Shown here: in pieces, positions 18,223 to 27,503 of the stretch | Position numbering within the stretch: the first letter of the stretch is position 1 | How the letters are laid out: each line of letters opens with the position of its first letter | NCBI RefSeq assembly: GCF_000008645.1 | Contig: NC_000916.1 | Location: forward strand, 690,001 to 722,000 | Origin: Methanothermobacter thermautotrophicus str. Delta H | Lineage (GTDB): Archaea > Methanobacteriota > Methanobacteria > Methanobacteriales > Methanothermobacteraceae | Direction: 5' to 3' | DNA length: 32,000 nt | The notes under the pieces: model-generated | What the model saw: only the letters and a program-made list of their open reading frames with translations | The model's database searches: none | What the model was told of the DNA's origin: nothing | Made by a program: the position numbers and the translations under genes

Positions 18223-18720
18223 TTATCTTAAAAAGTTTTTCCGCCAGGTATGGATTTTCGAAAGACAACCATAGTCCTCACCGGGACCATTGTAGTCTGC
18301 CACAGCCATTACAGGACCGTATTCAACTGTTTTGCCCTTTTCAACTGGTTTGAAACCGTTTTTAAGGTAAAACCTTATTGCACGGTCGTTTGATGGCTTT
18401 GTGATGAGGTAGATCTCCCTCGCACCCATACCCTTCACGGTCCCTGCGAACCTTTCAAGGAGCCTTCCGGCAATTCCAGTTCCCCTGAGGGACGGTGAAA
18501 CACAGAGGAGGTGGATGTATGCCTCGGAGGGGTTATCCTGTGATATGAACCCCAGCAGGAACCCCACGATTTCATCCCCATCCTCAGCAATAAATGAGGT
18601 TGTGCTGAAGAACCTCGTGAATATATGGTAGATGGAGTTTCTCTCTGTAACCATAGGTGGGCATTCATGTGCCAGTTCAGCTATGGCCAGGAAGTCCTCC
18701 TCCCTTGCGTTCCTCACCAT
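18223..18720 (-). CDS. GNAT-family N-acetyltransferase
   Basis: VRNAREEDFLAIAELA...IVGFLLGFI...AYIHLLCVSPSLRGTGIAGRLLERFAGTVKGMGAREIYLITKPSNDRAIRFYLKNGF: canonical GNAT motifs A and B. Confidence 0.9.
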   Translation of the reverse strand: MVRNAREEDFLAIAELAHECPPMVTERNSIYHIFTRFFSTTSFIAEDGDEIVGFLLGFISQDNPSEAYIHLLCVSPSLRGTGIAGRLLERFAGTVKGMGAREIYLITKPSNDRAIRFYLKNGFKPVEKGKTVEYGPVMAVADYNGPGEDYGCLSKIHTWRKNFLR

Positions 18721-18769
18721 CACACCAATCACCATATTAATTATCCGTCGAAGATTTAATAAGGTTAAC

Positions 18770-18779
18770 TTTAAATATT
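18770..18779 (+). promoter_or_regulatory. Candidate TATA box for tRNA-Ala
   Basis: TTTAAATATT centred about 30 nt upstream of the mature tRNA 5' end. Confidence 0.45.
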
Positions 18780-18804
18780 AAAAGGCTTAATGTATACTTT
18801 GTTG

Positions 18805-18878
<74 letters not shown>

Positions 18879-18885
18879 CTCAAAA

Positions 18886-18908
18886 CTGTTTTTTAAACTG
18901 TTTTTATT
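18886..18908 (+). terminator. Candidate T-rich terminator after tRNA-Ala
   Basis: CTGTTTTTTAAACTGTTTTTATT shortly after the tRNA 3' end; T-rich tracts are typical archaeal termination sites. Confidence 0.45.
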
Positions 18909-19035
18909 GTCCTGCATTTATTTTTACTGATTAAATGAAGTTTTTCAGGTTTCCTTATTAAAATAAAAAAATCATTCCAGGCCACAGGGAAGTGCCCAAT
19001 GATTTTTAAGTTTAAAGGGAGTCACCGGGATGTCC

Positions 19036-20064
19036 CTAACTGGATTCAGCGGCCTCGTAGACCATGTCCACTATTATCCGGAAGAGGTCATCTGTTCTGA
19101 GTTTCTTTTGCTCCCTCTTTGATACAAGGAGTCTCAGGGCCGTGTTTACGATTTCATCCACATCGGTGGATCGGTACATGAGGCCATTGTCTATATAGAA
19201 CCTGTCCACTGAAAGGGGCTTTCCAGGGTAACAGGATATGACTGGTGTGCCAAGGAGAGCCGCCTCCCTGTTCATGGTCCCGCCGGCGCCTATAACAAGG
19301 TCACATCTCTTCATGAGGCTGAAGGTGTCAACTGGTGGCTTTATTATGGTAACATTATCATATCCCTCGAAGATCTCTGCCTGTTCCCTGAACCTGGGTA
19401 TTATGAGTATATTGGCGTAATCCTTCAGGACCTCCACTATCGGCGTGAGGACCGATTCATGACAGTCAGCATCAAGGTAGGATGCCAGTGACGGCTCCGG
19501 CCTCATGAGTATTGTCTTCTCCCTTTCAAGTTTCAGGTTCAGGTCCTCGAAGATGTTCTCATTGTATTCAAAGTTCTGGAAGTGGATTATCTCAGAGGTC
19601 CCCCTGTATCTCCTTATCCTGTTTGGGTCAGCACCTGTTTTCATTATGTCCCAGAGGTCAATGACCTCAGGCATTATTATGTTGTCACAGAGAGGGAGTG
19701 TTAGCTTGTTTGCTGCCAGTGCGTGCTCATTGTCAAGTACATAGACACTTGGGATTCCAAGACCAAAGGTTACCCTTGGGAGTTCTATGGAGTGTTTTGA
19801 AAGACCAACATCTGGTCTCTGTTCTGCTATAAATTTTGAGAGGTTATATGCCCTCTTTGTGCTCTCAATGAGTTTCTCAGAGAGGGTTACGCCATGTTTA
19901 CCTATTGATGTGAACTCAAAGCCGAAGAGCTTCATGAGCCTGTGTATATCACCGAACTTCCTGGCGGTGATTATGACATCCTCGCCCTCTTCCTGGAAGT
20001 ATGTTATCACATCCCTGAAAAACCTGACATGAGGGGCGTTGGTAATATCAATCCATATCTTCAA
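19036..20064 (-). CDS. DUF354 family glycosyltransferase-like protein
   Basis: KIWIDITNAPHVRFFRDVI...EGEDVIITARKFGDIHRL...VLDNEHALAANKL...DLVIGAGGTMNREAALLGTPVISCYPG. TTG start at 20064 has GGTGG upstream; the track ORF begins at 20109. Confidence 0.85.
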   Translation of the reverse strand: MKIWIDITNAPHVRFFRDVITYFQEEGEDVIITARKFGDIHRLMKLFGFEFTSIGKHGVTLSEKLIESTKRAYNLSKFIAEQRPDVGLSKHSIELPRVTFGLGIPSVYVLDNEHALAANKLTLPLCDNIIMPEVIDLWDIMKTGADPNRIRRYRGTSEIIHFQNFEYNENIFEDLNLKLEREKTILMRPEPSLASYLDADCHESVLTPIVEVLKDYANILIIPRFREQAEIFEGYDNVTIIKPPVDTFSLMKRCDLVIGAGGTMNREAALLGTPVISCYPGKPLSVDRFYIDNGLMYRSTDVDEIVNTALRLLVSKREQKKLRTDDLFRIIVDMVYEAAESS

Positions 20065-20086
20065 GGAAAACCACCAAAAAAATATT

Positions 20087-20740
20087 TTAATCTGCCATTG
20101 CCCCTTCAATGGCTTCTATGATCTCCTGAACACCATCACCTGTCTTGAGGCTGGTCTTTATTACCCTGACTTCCGGGTTGATCTTCTTAACATCATCAAC
20201 CATCTTGTCAAGGTCCGCGCCAACGGCCTCTGCAAGGTCAGCCTTGTTAATAACAACAAGGTCCGCCTCCCGGAATATGAGGGGGTGCTTCTCGACTGTG
20301 TCGTCGCCCTCTGTGGAGCTTACAACAACAACCCTCATGTGGGATCCAAGATCAAAGTCCACCGGACAGATGAGGTTGCCGACGTTCTCAATGAATAGCA
20401 GGTCCACATCATCAAGGGGGAGGTCCTCAAGTCCGTGCTCAACGAGGTGGGCATCAAGGTGGCACTCCTTACCTGTGTTGAGCCCGACAACAGGTACGTC
20501 GTACTTCTCAAACCTTCCAGCGTCGAATTTGCTTATAACGTCCCCTGCGATAACCGCAACCTTCCTGTCCATGTTCTCAATGAGTTTCTCTATGAGTGTT
20601 GTTTTTCCTGAACCTATTGCACCCAGAAAGTCAACTGCAAAGACATTTGCCCTGTCAAGGCGTCTCTGGTTCTTTCTGGCGAGTTTCCTGTTTGCAAGCA
20701 GGATGTCATTCTGAATTTCAACCTCTGCTACTTTATGCAT
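20087..20740 (-). CDS. hypB: Hydrogenase nickel incorporation GTPase HypB
   Basis: VFAVDFLGAIGSGKTTLIEKLI, GLNTGKECHLDAHLVEHGL, LLFIENVGNLICPVDFDLG, VINKADL. Confidence 0.95.
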   Translation of the reverse strand: MHKVAEVEIQNDILLANRKLARKNQRRLDRANVFAVDFLGAIGSGKTTLIEKLIENMDRKVAVIAGDVISKFDAGRFEKYDVPVVGLNTGKECHLDAHLVEHGLEDLPLDDVDLLFIENVGNLICPVDFDLGSHMRVVVVSSTEGDDTVEKHPLIFREADLVVINKADLAEAVGADLDKMVDDVKKINPEVRVIKTSLKTGDGVQEIIEAIEGAMAD

Positions 20741-20752
20741 GAAATTCCTCCT

Positions 20753-21121
20753 CTAGTCCTTCTTCTCAATCTTTATATTTTTAACATTGCATTCCCTGCC
20801 AGCCCTGACATGGAACTCATGGCCCCCGCAGGCGGGGCATTTTATGACCGGAGCGAAGTGGTCAAGTTCATCGGCCTCGACCACGCCCTCATATCCACAT
20901 TCACACTCTATTTCCACGGGGACAACCTCAAGGTTGAACCTGGCGCCCTCAAGTATTGTGCCCTCGCTGAGGACGTCCAGCATAAATTCTATCTGTTCCG
21001 GGTTCAGCAGGGTAAGCTGGCCGATCTCAACCGTGACCTCAAGGACCTCGACGGCGTCATTCTTCTCTGCAGCATCGATAACCGTCCTCACAATTGCATC
21101 GGCCATGGATAGTTCATGCAC
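20753..21121 (-). CDS. hypA: Hydrogenase nickel incorporation protein HypA
   Basis: HELSMADAIVRTVIDAA...CECGYEG...CPACGG zinc motif. GTG at 21121, preceded by GAGGTG, restores the canonical Met-His-Glu-Leu N terminus; the track starts at 21130. Confidence 0.93.
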   Translation of the reverse strand: MHELSMADAIVRTVIDAAEKNDAVEVLEVTVEIGQLTLLNPEQIEFMLDVLSEGTILEGARFNLEVVPVEIECECGYEGVVEADELDHFAPVIKCPACGGHEFHVRAGRECNVKNIKIEKKD

Positions 21122-21175
21122 CCATTTCACCTCTTTAGTCTGACAAAATTTTATAATTAGAATTAATAGAGTTAT

Positions 21176-21186
21176 CTATATAAAAA
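21176..21186 (+). promoter_or_regulatory. Candidate TATA box for prs
   Basis: CTATATAAAAA about 30 nt upstream of the prs ATG, in the divergent hypA/prs intergenic region. Confidence 0.5.
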
Positions 21187-21213
21187 TTGTTAATTACCGG
21201 AAGGTGATTTTTC

Positions 21214-22071
21214 ATGATAATAGGTTGTTCAGCATCACAGAAACTTGCTGCCTCAGTTGCAGATTTACTAGATGAACCTTTATGCCCCGTTGAAACCCGT
21301 AAATTCCCTGATGGGGAACGTTACATCAGGGTTAAGGAGGAAGTGGAGGGAGAGGTGACCGTTGTGCAGTCAACGGGTTACCCCCAGGATGAAAACCTCA
21401 TGGAACTCCTTTTCATGATAGAGAACCTTAAAGATCTGGGGGCGGATTATGTGCGTGCAGCCATACCCTACTTTGGATACGGGAGGCAGGAGAGGCGTTT
21501 CAAGAGCGGTGAAGCTGTATCGGCGAAAATAGTCGCCCACCTCCTTGAGGCCGCCGGTGCAGATGAAATTGTAACCGTGAACCTCCATGAGAACTGCCTG
21601 AGTGAGTTCTTCCGTGTACCTGTGAGGGAGCTCTCTGCAATGCCCCTCATCGCTGAACACATCTCATTCCTTGATGACCCGGTAATCATCGCCCCGGATA
21701 AGGGTGCCCTAGGTCATGCCCGGGAGGTCAGTGATATACTTGGATGTGAATGTGACTACATGGAGAAGGTCCGCATATCCCCTGAGGTGGTTGAGACCCG
21801 TGTGAGTGACCTTGATGTTGAAGGAAAGGATGCTGTGGTTGTTGATGACATCATAAGCACCGGTGGGACCATAGTAAACGCCGCCGGGATTTTAGGGAAA
21901 TGTGGAGCCTCAAGCATAACTGTTTGCTGTGTCCACCCGGTCCTTGTGGAGGACGCCCTCCTGAAGATATTCTCAGCCGGTGTTGAGAGGGTCATTGCAA
22001 CGGACACCCTTAAATCTGATGTTAGCGAGATCTCAGTTGCACCGCTTATTGCAGATGTCATGAAAGATTAA
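21214..22071 (+). CDS. prs: Ribose-phosphate pyrophosphokinase
   Basis: RKFPDGERYIRV, IPYFGYGRQERRFKSGEAVSAK, PDKGALGHA, and DAVVVDDIISTGGTIVNAA (PRPP binding). Confidence 0.95.
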   Translation: MIIGCSASQKLAASVADLLDEPLCPVETRKFPDGERYIRVKEEVEGEVTVVQSTGYPQDENLMELLFMIENLKDLGADYVRAAIPYFGYGRQERRFKSGEAVSAKIVAHLLEAAGADEIVTVNLHENCLSEFFRVPVRELSAMPLIAEHISFLDDPVIIAPDKGALGHAREVSDILGCECDYMEKVRISPEVVETRVSDLDVEGKDAVVVDDIISTGGTIVNAAGILGKCGASSITVCCVHPVLVEDALLKIFSAGVERVIATDTLKSDVSEISVAPLIADVMKD

Positions 22072-22273
22072 TTTAACCCATTTCAGATATTTTTTCAGTT
22101 CCCGGCCCTTATTAACTTTTTTTAAGAATCATCTGGACCTGAGCACATGAAAAGGGAGCTCAGTATAAAAAAGACGTATATCCTAAATAACCCATTAGAA
22201 CTATTTCGCCAGAACACAGATAAATCCTGAAAACAGGCTGGAACTTCCAAAAAGAAAAAGTAAATGCAGAGGA

Positions 22274-24208
22274 TCAGTGCATGGCTGGTTTTTTCATGAT
22301 TGAAGGCACAATATCACTTATCTTCTGCATCCTTTGAATCAGGCTCTCCTTTCCCTTACCGATGAGTGCGTGTTCAAGGACATCCCCGAGGGTCTCAACG
22401 GGTACTATCTCAACCATGTCCTCGTACTTCTTCTCAATCATCACATCACCCATGTTGGATGCAGGTATCAGGACCTTCCTTATTCCCGCCTCTGCAGCTG
22501 CCTCTATCTTCCCTGTGACTCCTCCAACAGGGAGAACATCTCCGCGTATGCTCAGTGAGCCGGTGAGGGCAACTGACTGATCCACAGGTATCTCCTCAAG
22601 GGCCGATATGACTGCTGTTGCAACGGAGACACTTGCACTGTCCCCCTCCACACCATCATAGGCCTGGAGGAACTGTATGTGGATGTCATAGTTGGATATG
22701 TCTGTACCGGTGTATTTCTTTATGAGGGCGCTTACGTTCTGCACAGCCTCCCTTGCGATTTCACCCAGTTTACCTGTTGCTATGATTCTGCCTTCCTCCT
22801 TGCTCTGGGCAGGGGCGGCCTCTGCGGCTATGGGGAGTATGATCCCACTCCTATCACCGATTATCGCAAGGCCGTTGACTCGACCGACCTCTCCACCCTC
22901 TGATTTGAAGACACTGTACTTCTTCTTCTGGACAATGTATCTATCTGCAATCTGCTGCTCAAGGGTTCGTGAAAGTTTTTTTGCCTCTATAACGTCCTCT
23001 GTTTCCACAAGTTCTGCTCCGCGGCTCTTGGCTATGTCACCGGCTGCCCTTACAAGGCCCCCCAGTTCACGGAGTTTTAGGGTCAGTGAGTCCTTCTTAC
23101 CGGCCCTCCTCTGGGCCTCCCTTATTATCTCCTCAACTGCCTCCCTGCTGAAGTGGGGGATCCTTCCATCCTTTTCAACTTCCTGTGCAACGAACTGAAC
23201 GAGTTTGTCCCTGTTTTCTGGTGTGTCGGGCATCGTGTCCTTCATGAAGACCTCGTATCCGTATCCCCTTATCCTTGAACGGAGGGCAGGGTGCATACCC
23301 TCAAGCACCTGCAGGTTACCTGAAGCCACCAGTACGAAGTCACAGGGAACCGCCTGTGAGCGTACCATGGCTCCGCTGCTTGTTTCGCTCTGGCCTGTGA
23401 TCGAGTACCTCTTCTCCTGCATGGCCGTCAGGAGTTCCTGCTGGGTCTTCATCTTCATTGTCCCTATCTCATCTATGTAGAGCACACCCTTGTTGGCCTT
23501 GTGGATCATCCCGGCTTCCACCCTCTCATGTGCAGGTGTGCCAAGACCACCTGACTGGTAGGGGTCATGTCTTACATCCCCGAGGAGGGCCCCTGCATGG
23601 GCTCCGGTTGCATCGACGAATGGTGCGACCTGCCTTCCCTCATTGTTCACAAGGAGTTTCGGGACCATGACCGTTGTCCGTGGCCTGAACTGCTGCAGTG
23701 CCAGGAATATTATACCTGCAGCTATTATCGCTGCCAGGAACTGGTTCATCATGAACCCAAGGACAAGGATGAAGGATATTATGAGCATCATGAAAAGGTT
23801 CTTCTTCTCATCCTGTGACCTTGCCTTGTTCTTGTGGTTCATCACGATCTTACGACCCTCTCCTGCAGGTACAGCCCCTATGAGGGGGTTGTTGGGGTCC
23901 TCTATGTTTGGGTAGACCAGTATGTCCTGTAACTGTTCGCGTGGCAGCAGCTCTGCCATCGCCTTTGCCAGCATGGATTTACCCACACCGGGTTCACCTA
24001 TCAGTAAAACGTTACGTCTCTGTTCAGCCGCCTTTTTTATTGTCTCAACGGCCTCTTCCTGCCCTATGATCTGATCTATGAGTCTTTCGGGGACTTCTAT
24101 ATCCTTTGATGTTTCATATGAAAGGGTCTCCCCGGTTCCCTTTTTAGTCTCGTTACCCTCATATGAAACAGATTCCTGAGTTCTGGAGTTTTTAATGGTG
24201 GTTTTCAT
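22274..24208 (-). CDS. Archaeal LonB membrane-anchored ATP-dependent protease
   Basis: Walker A GEPGVGKSMLAKAM, transmembrane insertion NLFMMLIISFILVLGFMMNQFLAAIIAAGIIFLAL, Walker B VLYIDEIG, protease Ser in EGDSASVSVATA and Lys in GGVTGKIEAA. Confidence 0.95.
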   Translation of the reverse strand: MKTTIKNSRTQESVSYEGNETKKGTGETLSYETSKDIEVPERLIDQIIGQEEAVETIKKAAEQRRNVLLIGEPGVGKSMLAKAMAELLPREQLQDILVYPNIEDPNNPLIGAVPAGEGRKIVMNHKNKARSQDEKKNLFMMLIISFILVLGFMMNQFLAAIIAAGIIFLALQQFRPRTTVMVPKLLVNNEGRQVAPFVDATGAHAGALLGDVRHDPYQSGGLGTPAHERVEAGMIHKANKGVLYIDEIGTMKMKTQQELLTAMQEKRYSITGQSETSSGAMVRSQAVPCDFVLVASGNLQVLEGMHPALRSRIRGYGYEVFMKDTMPDTPENRDKLVQFVAQEVEKDGRIPHFSREAVEEIIREAQRRAGKKDSLTLKLRELGGLVRAAGDIAKSRGAELVETEDVIEAKKLSRTLEQQIADRYIVQKKKYSVFKSEGGEVGRVNGLAIIGDRSGIILPIAAEAAPAQSKEEGRIIATGKLGEIAREAVQNVSALIKKYTGTDISNYDIHIQFLQAYDGVEGDSASVSVATAVISALEEIPVDQSVALTGSLSIRGDVLPVGGVTGKIEAAAEAGIRKVLIPASNMGDVMIEKKYEDMVEIVPVETLGDVLEHALIGKGKESLIQRMQKISDIVPSIMKKPAMH

Positions 24209-24358
24209 TTCTATTCAAATGCCTCCATTAAGTGAAGTGGTTAAAATTAAAATCACAGTTATCAATTGTTTCTCCTACTTAAAATATTTTACTTACAAAT
24301 TTTTATTTTAATATATGGGGGTTCCCCTTATAAAGGTATCTCCACCATGTTGCATGGT

Positions 24359-25600
24359 TCAGCGGTTTATCTCAGATATCAGGGCCAGGGCGTTCTGTAT
24401 GAATTTCTCAACAATCTTGCGGTACTTCTCCTCACTCGCCTCCAGTGCCTCCCGGGTCCTCTTCATCTCGGTGATGTCCCTTGCAATGGTTGAAACCCCG
24501 ATGATCTCGCCGTTAAAGTCACGTATTGGTGAGAGGGAGATTGAAACCCAGATCTCCTCCCCATCCTTCCTCCTGCGCTTCGCCTCAAAGTTTGAAACTA
24601 AACCTCCGGATTTAACCTCTGATATCAGGCCCCGCAGCTTCTCGAATTCCTCCTCACTCATGAGGATGGATATGTTCTTTCCCTTAACCTCCTCTGCACT
24701 GTAGCCATAGACCATCTCAGCTCCCCTGTTCCAGTCCATTATGTTGCCCTCCAGGTCGTAACTCACGATGGCGTCACCTGATGATTCAACTATGGCTGCC
24801 AGTCTTTCAAGTTCCCTCTGGAATTTCATCCGCTCTGTAACGTCCCTGAAGATGGCCCTGCTGTACTCCACCTCTCCTTTCTTCATCCGGACATTGACGT
24901 TGCCCTCGACAAATATCTTCTCTCCGTCACTGGTTATGAAGGCCGTCTCGACGGTGGGTATCTTCTCACCTGACATCACCCTCCTGAAGAGTTCACGGCA
25001 CTCATCAAGTTTGTCAGGGTGTATCACATCGAAGAGTGTGAGTTCCTCCAGGTCCCTGTCAGTGTAGCCGAGGGTCTCCTTCCAGGCCCTGTTAACATAG
25101 ACGAATCTCCCTTCAGGGTTAACGGCCTGTATCATGTCAGTGGCGTTCTCAAAGAGGTCCCTGAACTGTTCCTCACGGCTCTTCAGTTCCTCCTCCATTT
25201 CCTTTCTACTGGAGATATCCCTTATTATTGAGGTTATGTACCTCCCGGCAGGGGTTTCTGCAGGGTTGATGGTCATCTCAACAGGGAATTCTGTCCCATC
25301 GGCTCTGAGAGAAACCGTCTCAAGGACCCTTCCGCTGAGCTCATGTCTACCCGCAGCACGGTACTCCTCCATTTTAATGTGGAGATCCTCCCTCAGGGGT
25401 TCCGGGACCAGATCATCCAGATTTTTACCCTTCAGGGATGGGTATCCGTACATCCTGTCTGCTGCAGGGTTTGAGAAGACTATAACGCCATCCATGTTAA
25501 CCGTGATAATGCCGTCGGGACTTTTACTGATAACGGTCTCGAAAATTGACTTAAGATCATCTTCTGACAGGTCAGGAACTGCAAGAGGAACAGGGGCCAT
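24359..25600 (-). CDS. Multi-PAS-domain sensor protein lacking a histidine-kinase catalytic domain
   Basis: Three PAS/PAC units (SPDGIITVNMDGVIVFSNPAADRMYGY; ATDMIQAVNPEGRFVYVNRAWKETLGY; SGDAIVSYDLEGNIMDWNRGAEMVYGY). Ends EKYRKIVEKFIQNALALISEINR-stop with no HATPase motifs. Confidence 0.88.
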   Translation of the reverse strand: MAPVPLAVPDLSEDDLKSIFETVISKSPDGIITVNMDGVIVFSNPAADRMYGYPSLKGKNLDDLVPEPLREDLHIKMEEYRAAGRHELSGRVLETVSLRADGTEFPVEMTINPAETPAGRYITSIIRDISSRKEMEEELKSREEQFRDLFENATDMIQAVNPEGRFVYVNRAWKETLGYTDRDLEELTLFDVIHPDKLDECRELFRRVMSGEKIPTVETAFITSDGEKIFVEGNVNVRMKKGEVEYSRAIFRDVTERMKFQRELERLAAIVESSGDAIVSYDLEGNIMDWNRGAEMVYGYSAEEVKGKNISILMSEEEFEKLRGLISEVKSGGLVSNFEAKRRRKDGEEIWVSISLSPIRDFNGEIIGVSTIARDITEMKRTREALEASEEKYRKIVEKFIQNALALISEINR

Positions 25601-25769
25601 TTAACCATCTCCCACAATGAACATCTTGAGTAATATTTTCACCAGCAATGTATTTAAGATTTTAGTGTTCAATATTGTTAGGACCAGACTCCAGTTCAGT
25701 CAGGATCAGCCTCAAGTTATAATAGAAAACCGTTAAGAGGTGGCATTGTCCACTGGATCAGGTGAGGCC

Positions 25770-27284
25770 ATGAGTGCAAAGTGTATAATGGTTCAGGGCA
25801 CATCATCGAGTGCAGGTAAGAGCGTGATGGTCGCAGCTCTCTGCCGTATATTCTCACGGAGGGGATACAGGGTTGCGCCCTTCAAATCCCAGAACATGTC
25901 ACTGAACTCCTTCACAACAGCTGAGAACCGGGAGATAGCGGTGGCCCAGGTCCTCCAGGCAGAGGCCGCAGGGATAGAGCCATCACACCACATGAACCCC
26001 GTCCTCCTCAAACCCAAGGAGGACTTCACATCCCAGGTAATAGTCCATGGGAGACCTGCAGGAAACATGAACTTCCAGGACTACCAGACAGAATTCAGGG
26101 ATACTGCCCTTGAGGCTATAAGGGAATCCCTTGAGTACCTGAAGAGCAGGTATGAGCTTATAGTGATAGAGGGGGCAGGATCCCCCGCCGAGATAAACAT
26201 GAGGGACAGGGACCTTGCCAACATGGAGATCGCCCACCTTGCAGATGCCGACGTTATACTGGTGGCTGACATAGACCGTGGAGGTGTCTTCGCATCAATT
26301 GCAGGTACCCTGATGCTCCTTGATGAACGTGACAGGTCCCGGATAAAGGGTGTTGTCATAAACAAGTTTCGTGGTAACATTGACATACTGATGCCCGGCA
26401 TTGAGAGGATCGAGGAGATCACAGGAGTCCCGGTGCTGGGTGTTCTGCCCTATGATGAAGGCCTGAAACTCCCGGAGGAGGATTCAGCATCCCTCTCCCA
26501 GAGGAAGTACAGGGGAAGAGGGGATATACGGGTAGGAGTTATGAGGCTGCCCAGGATATCAAACTTCACAGACATAGACCCCCTTGAGTACGAGGAGGAC
26601 GTTGCTGTGAGGCTCATAGAGACAGGTGACAGCCTTGATGACCTTGACGCCATCATAATCCCCGGGACCAGGAACACCATAAGCGACCTCATCCACCTTG
26701 AGGAGAACGGCTTTGCTGACGAGATCCGGGACTTAAGCCGTGAGATACCTGTCTTTGGCATATGCGGTGGCTTTCAGATGCTGGGAAAGAGGATCCTTGA
26801 TGATGCCCGGCAGGAGTCCAGTGAAGGCAGTGTTGATGGTCTCGGTCTTCTTGACTGTGAGACCCACTTTACAGGTGAGGGTAAGATAATCTCCCAGAGT
26901 CAGGGAAGGGTCCTTGGTAACGGAATCTTCAGTGGTATGAGGGGAGAGACCGTGGAGGGATATGAACTCCATGAGGGGACCACAGTCCTCGGTGATGTGA
27001 AACCCCTTCTGAGGGTTGACAGGGGCTTCGGGAACACCAGGAGCGGCGGATTCGATGGGGCGGTCGATGGAAACGTGGCCGGAACCTACTTCCATGGAAT
27101 ATTCCACAACTTCAGATTCAGGAGGTACTTCACAAATCTCCTCAGGGAGAGGAAGGGCATTGAACCACTGGAGTACTTGGACGATAACTTCAGTGCATCA
27201 AGAAGGTTCTCAATCGACAGGCTGGCAGAGATCGTTGAGGAAAACATGGATCTCTCCATCATCGAGGAGATCCTTGAAGGATAG
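25770..27284 (+). CDS. cobQ: Cobyric acid synthase
   Basis: MVQGTSSSAGKSVMVAALCRIFSRRGYRVAPFKSQNMSLNSF, EGAGSPAEINMRDRDLANM, GICGGFQMLG, and AGTYFHGIFHN. ATG at 25770 has GGTGAGG upstream; the track starts at 25740. Confidence 0.95.
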   Translation: MSAKCIMVQGTSSSAGKSVMVAALCRIFSRRGYRVAPFKSQNMSLNSFTTAENREIAVAQVLQAEAAGIEPSHHMNPVLLKPKEDFTSQVIVHGRPAGNMNFQDYQTEFRDTALEAIRESLEYLKSRYELIVIEGAGSPAEINMRDRDLANMEIAHLADADVILVADIDRGGVFASIAGTLMLLDERDRSRIKGVVINKFRGNIDILMPGIERIEEITGVPVLGVLPYDEGLKLPEEDSASLSQRKYRGRGDIRVGVMRLPRISNFTDIDPLEYEEDVAVRLIETGDSLDDLDAIIIPGTRNTISDLIHLEENGFADEIRDLSREIPVFGICGGFQMLGKRILDDARQESSEGSVDGLGLLDCETHFTGEGKIISQSQGRVLGNGIFSGMRGETVEGYELHEGTTVLGDVKPLLRVDRGFGNTRSGGFDGAVDGNVAGTYFHGIFHNFRFRRYFTNLLRERKGIEPLEYLDDNFSASRRFSIDRLAEIVEENMDLSIIEEILEG

Positions 27285-27503
27285 ATTTTAAGGACCCGGT
27301 CTTCATTTTCAATCTTAATTCTTTAGAGGATTAAAGGACGCCAGCATTTTAAAAGAGGCTGTTCCATGCATTAACCAGAACAGACCTTCTGTCAGGATTA
27401 AATTCTGGACTCCCCATCTCTAACAGTAATTCCTTTGAAGTTCAGCATTTAGAGAGGACCATCAGCCGTTAAAAAAATAGGGGGATATATCTGCAGACCA
27501 CGG

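Noticed and set aside
18879-19035. Possible second RNA gene after tRNA-Ala
   Set aside because: The region is AT-rich with T tracts but has no foldable cloverleaf or conserved ncRNA core that I can identify.
22692-23198. 168 aa plus-strand ORF opposite lonB
   Set aside because: Antisense Ser/Leu/Pro-rich translation over the LonB protease coding region; no independent support.
25793-27107. Minus-strand ORFs opposite cobQ
   Set aside because: Shadow ORFs; the CobQ frame has continuous diagnostic motifs.
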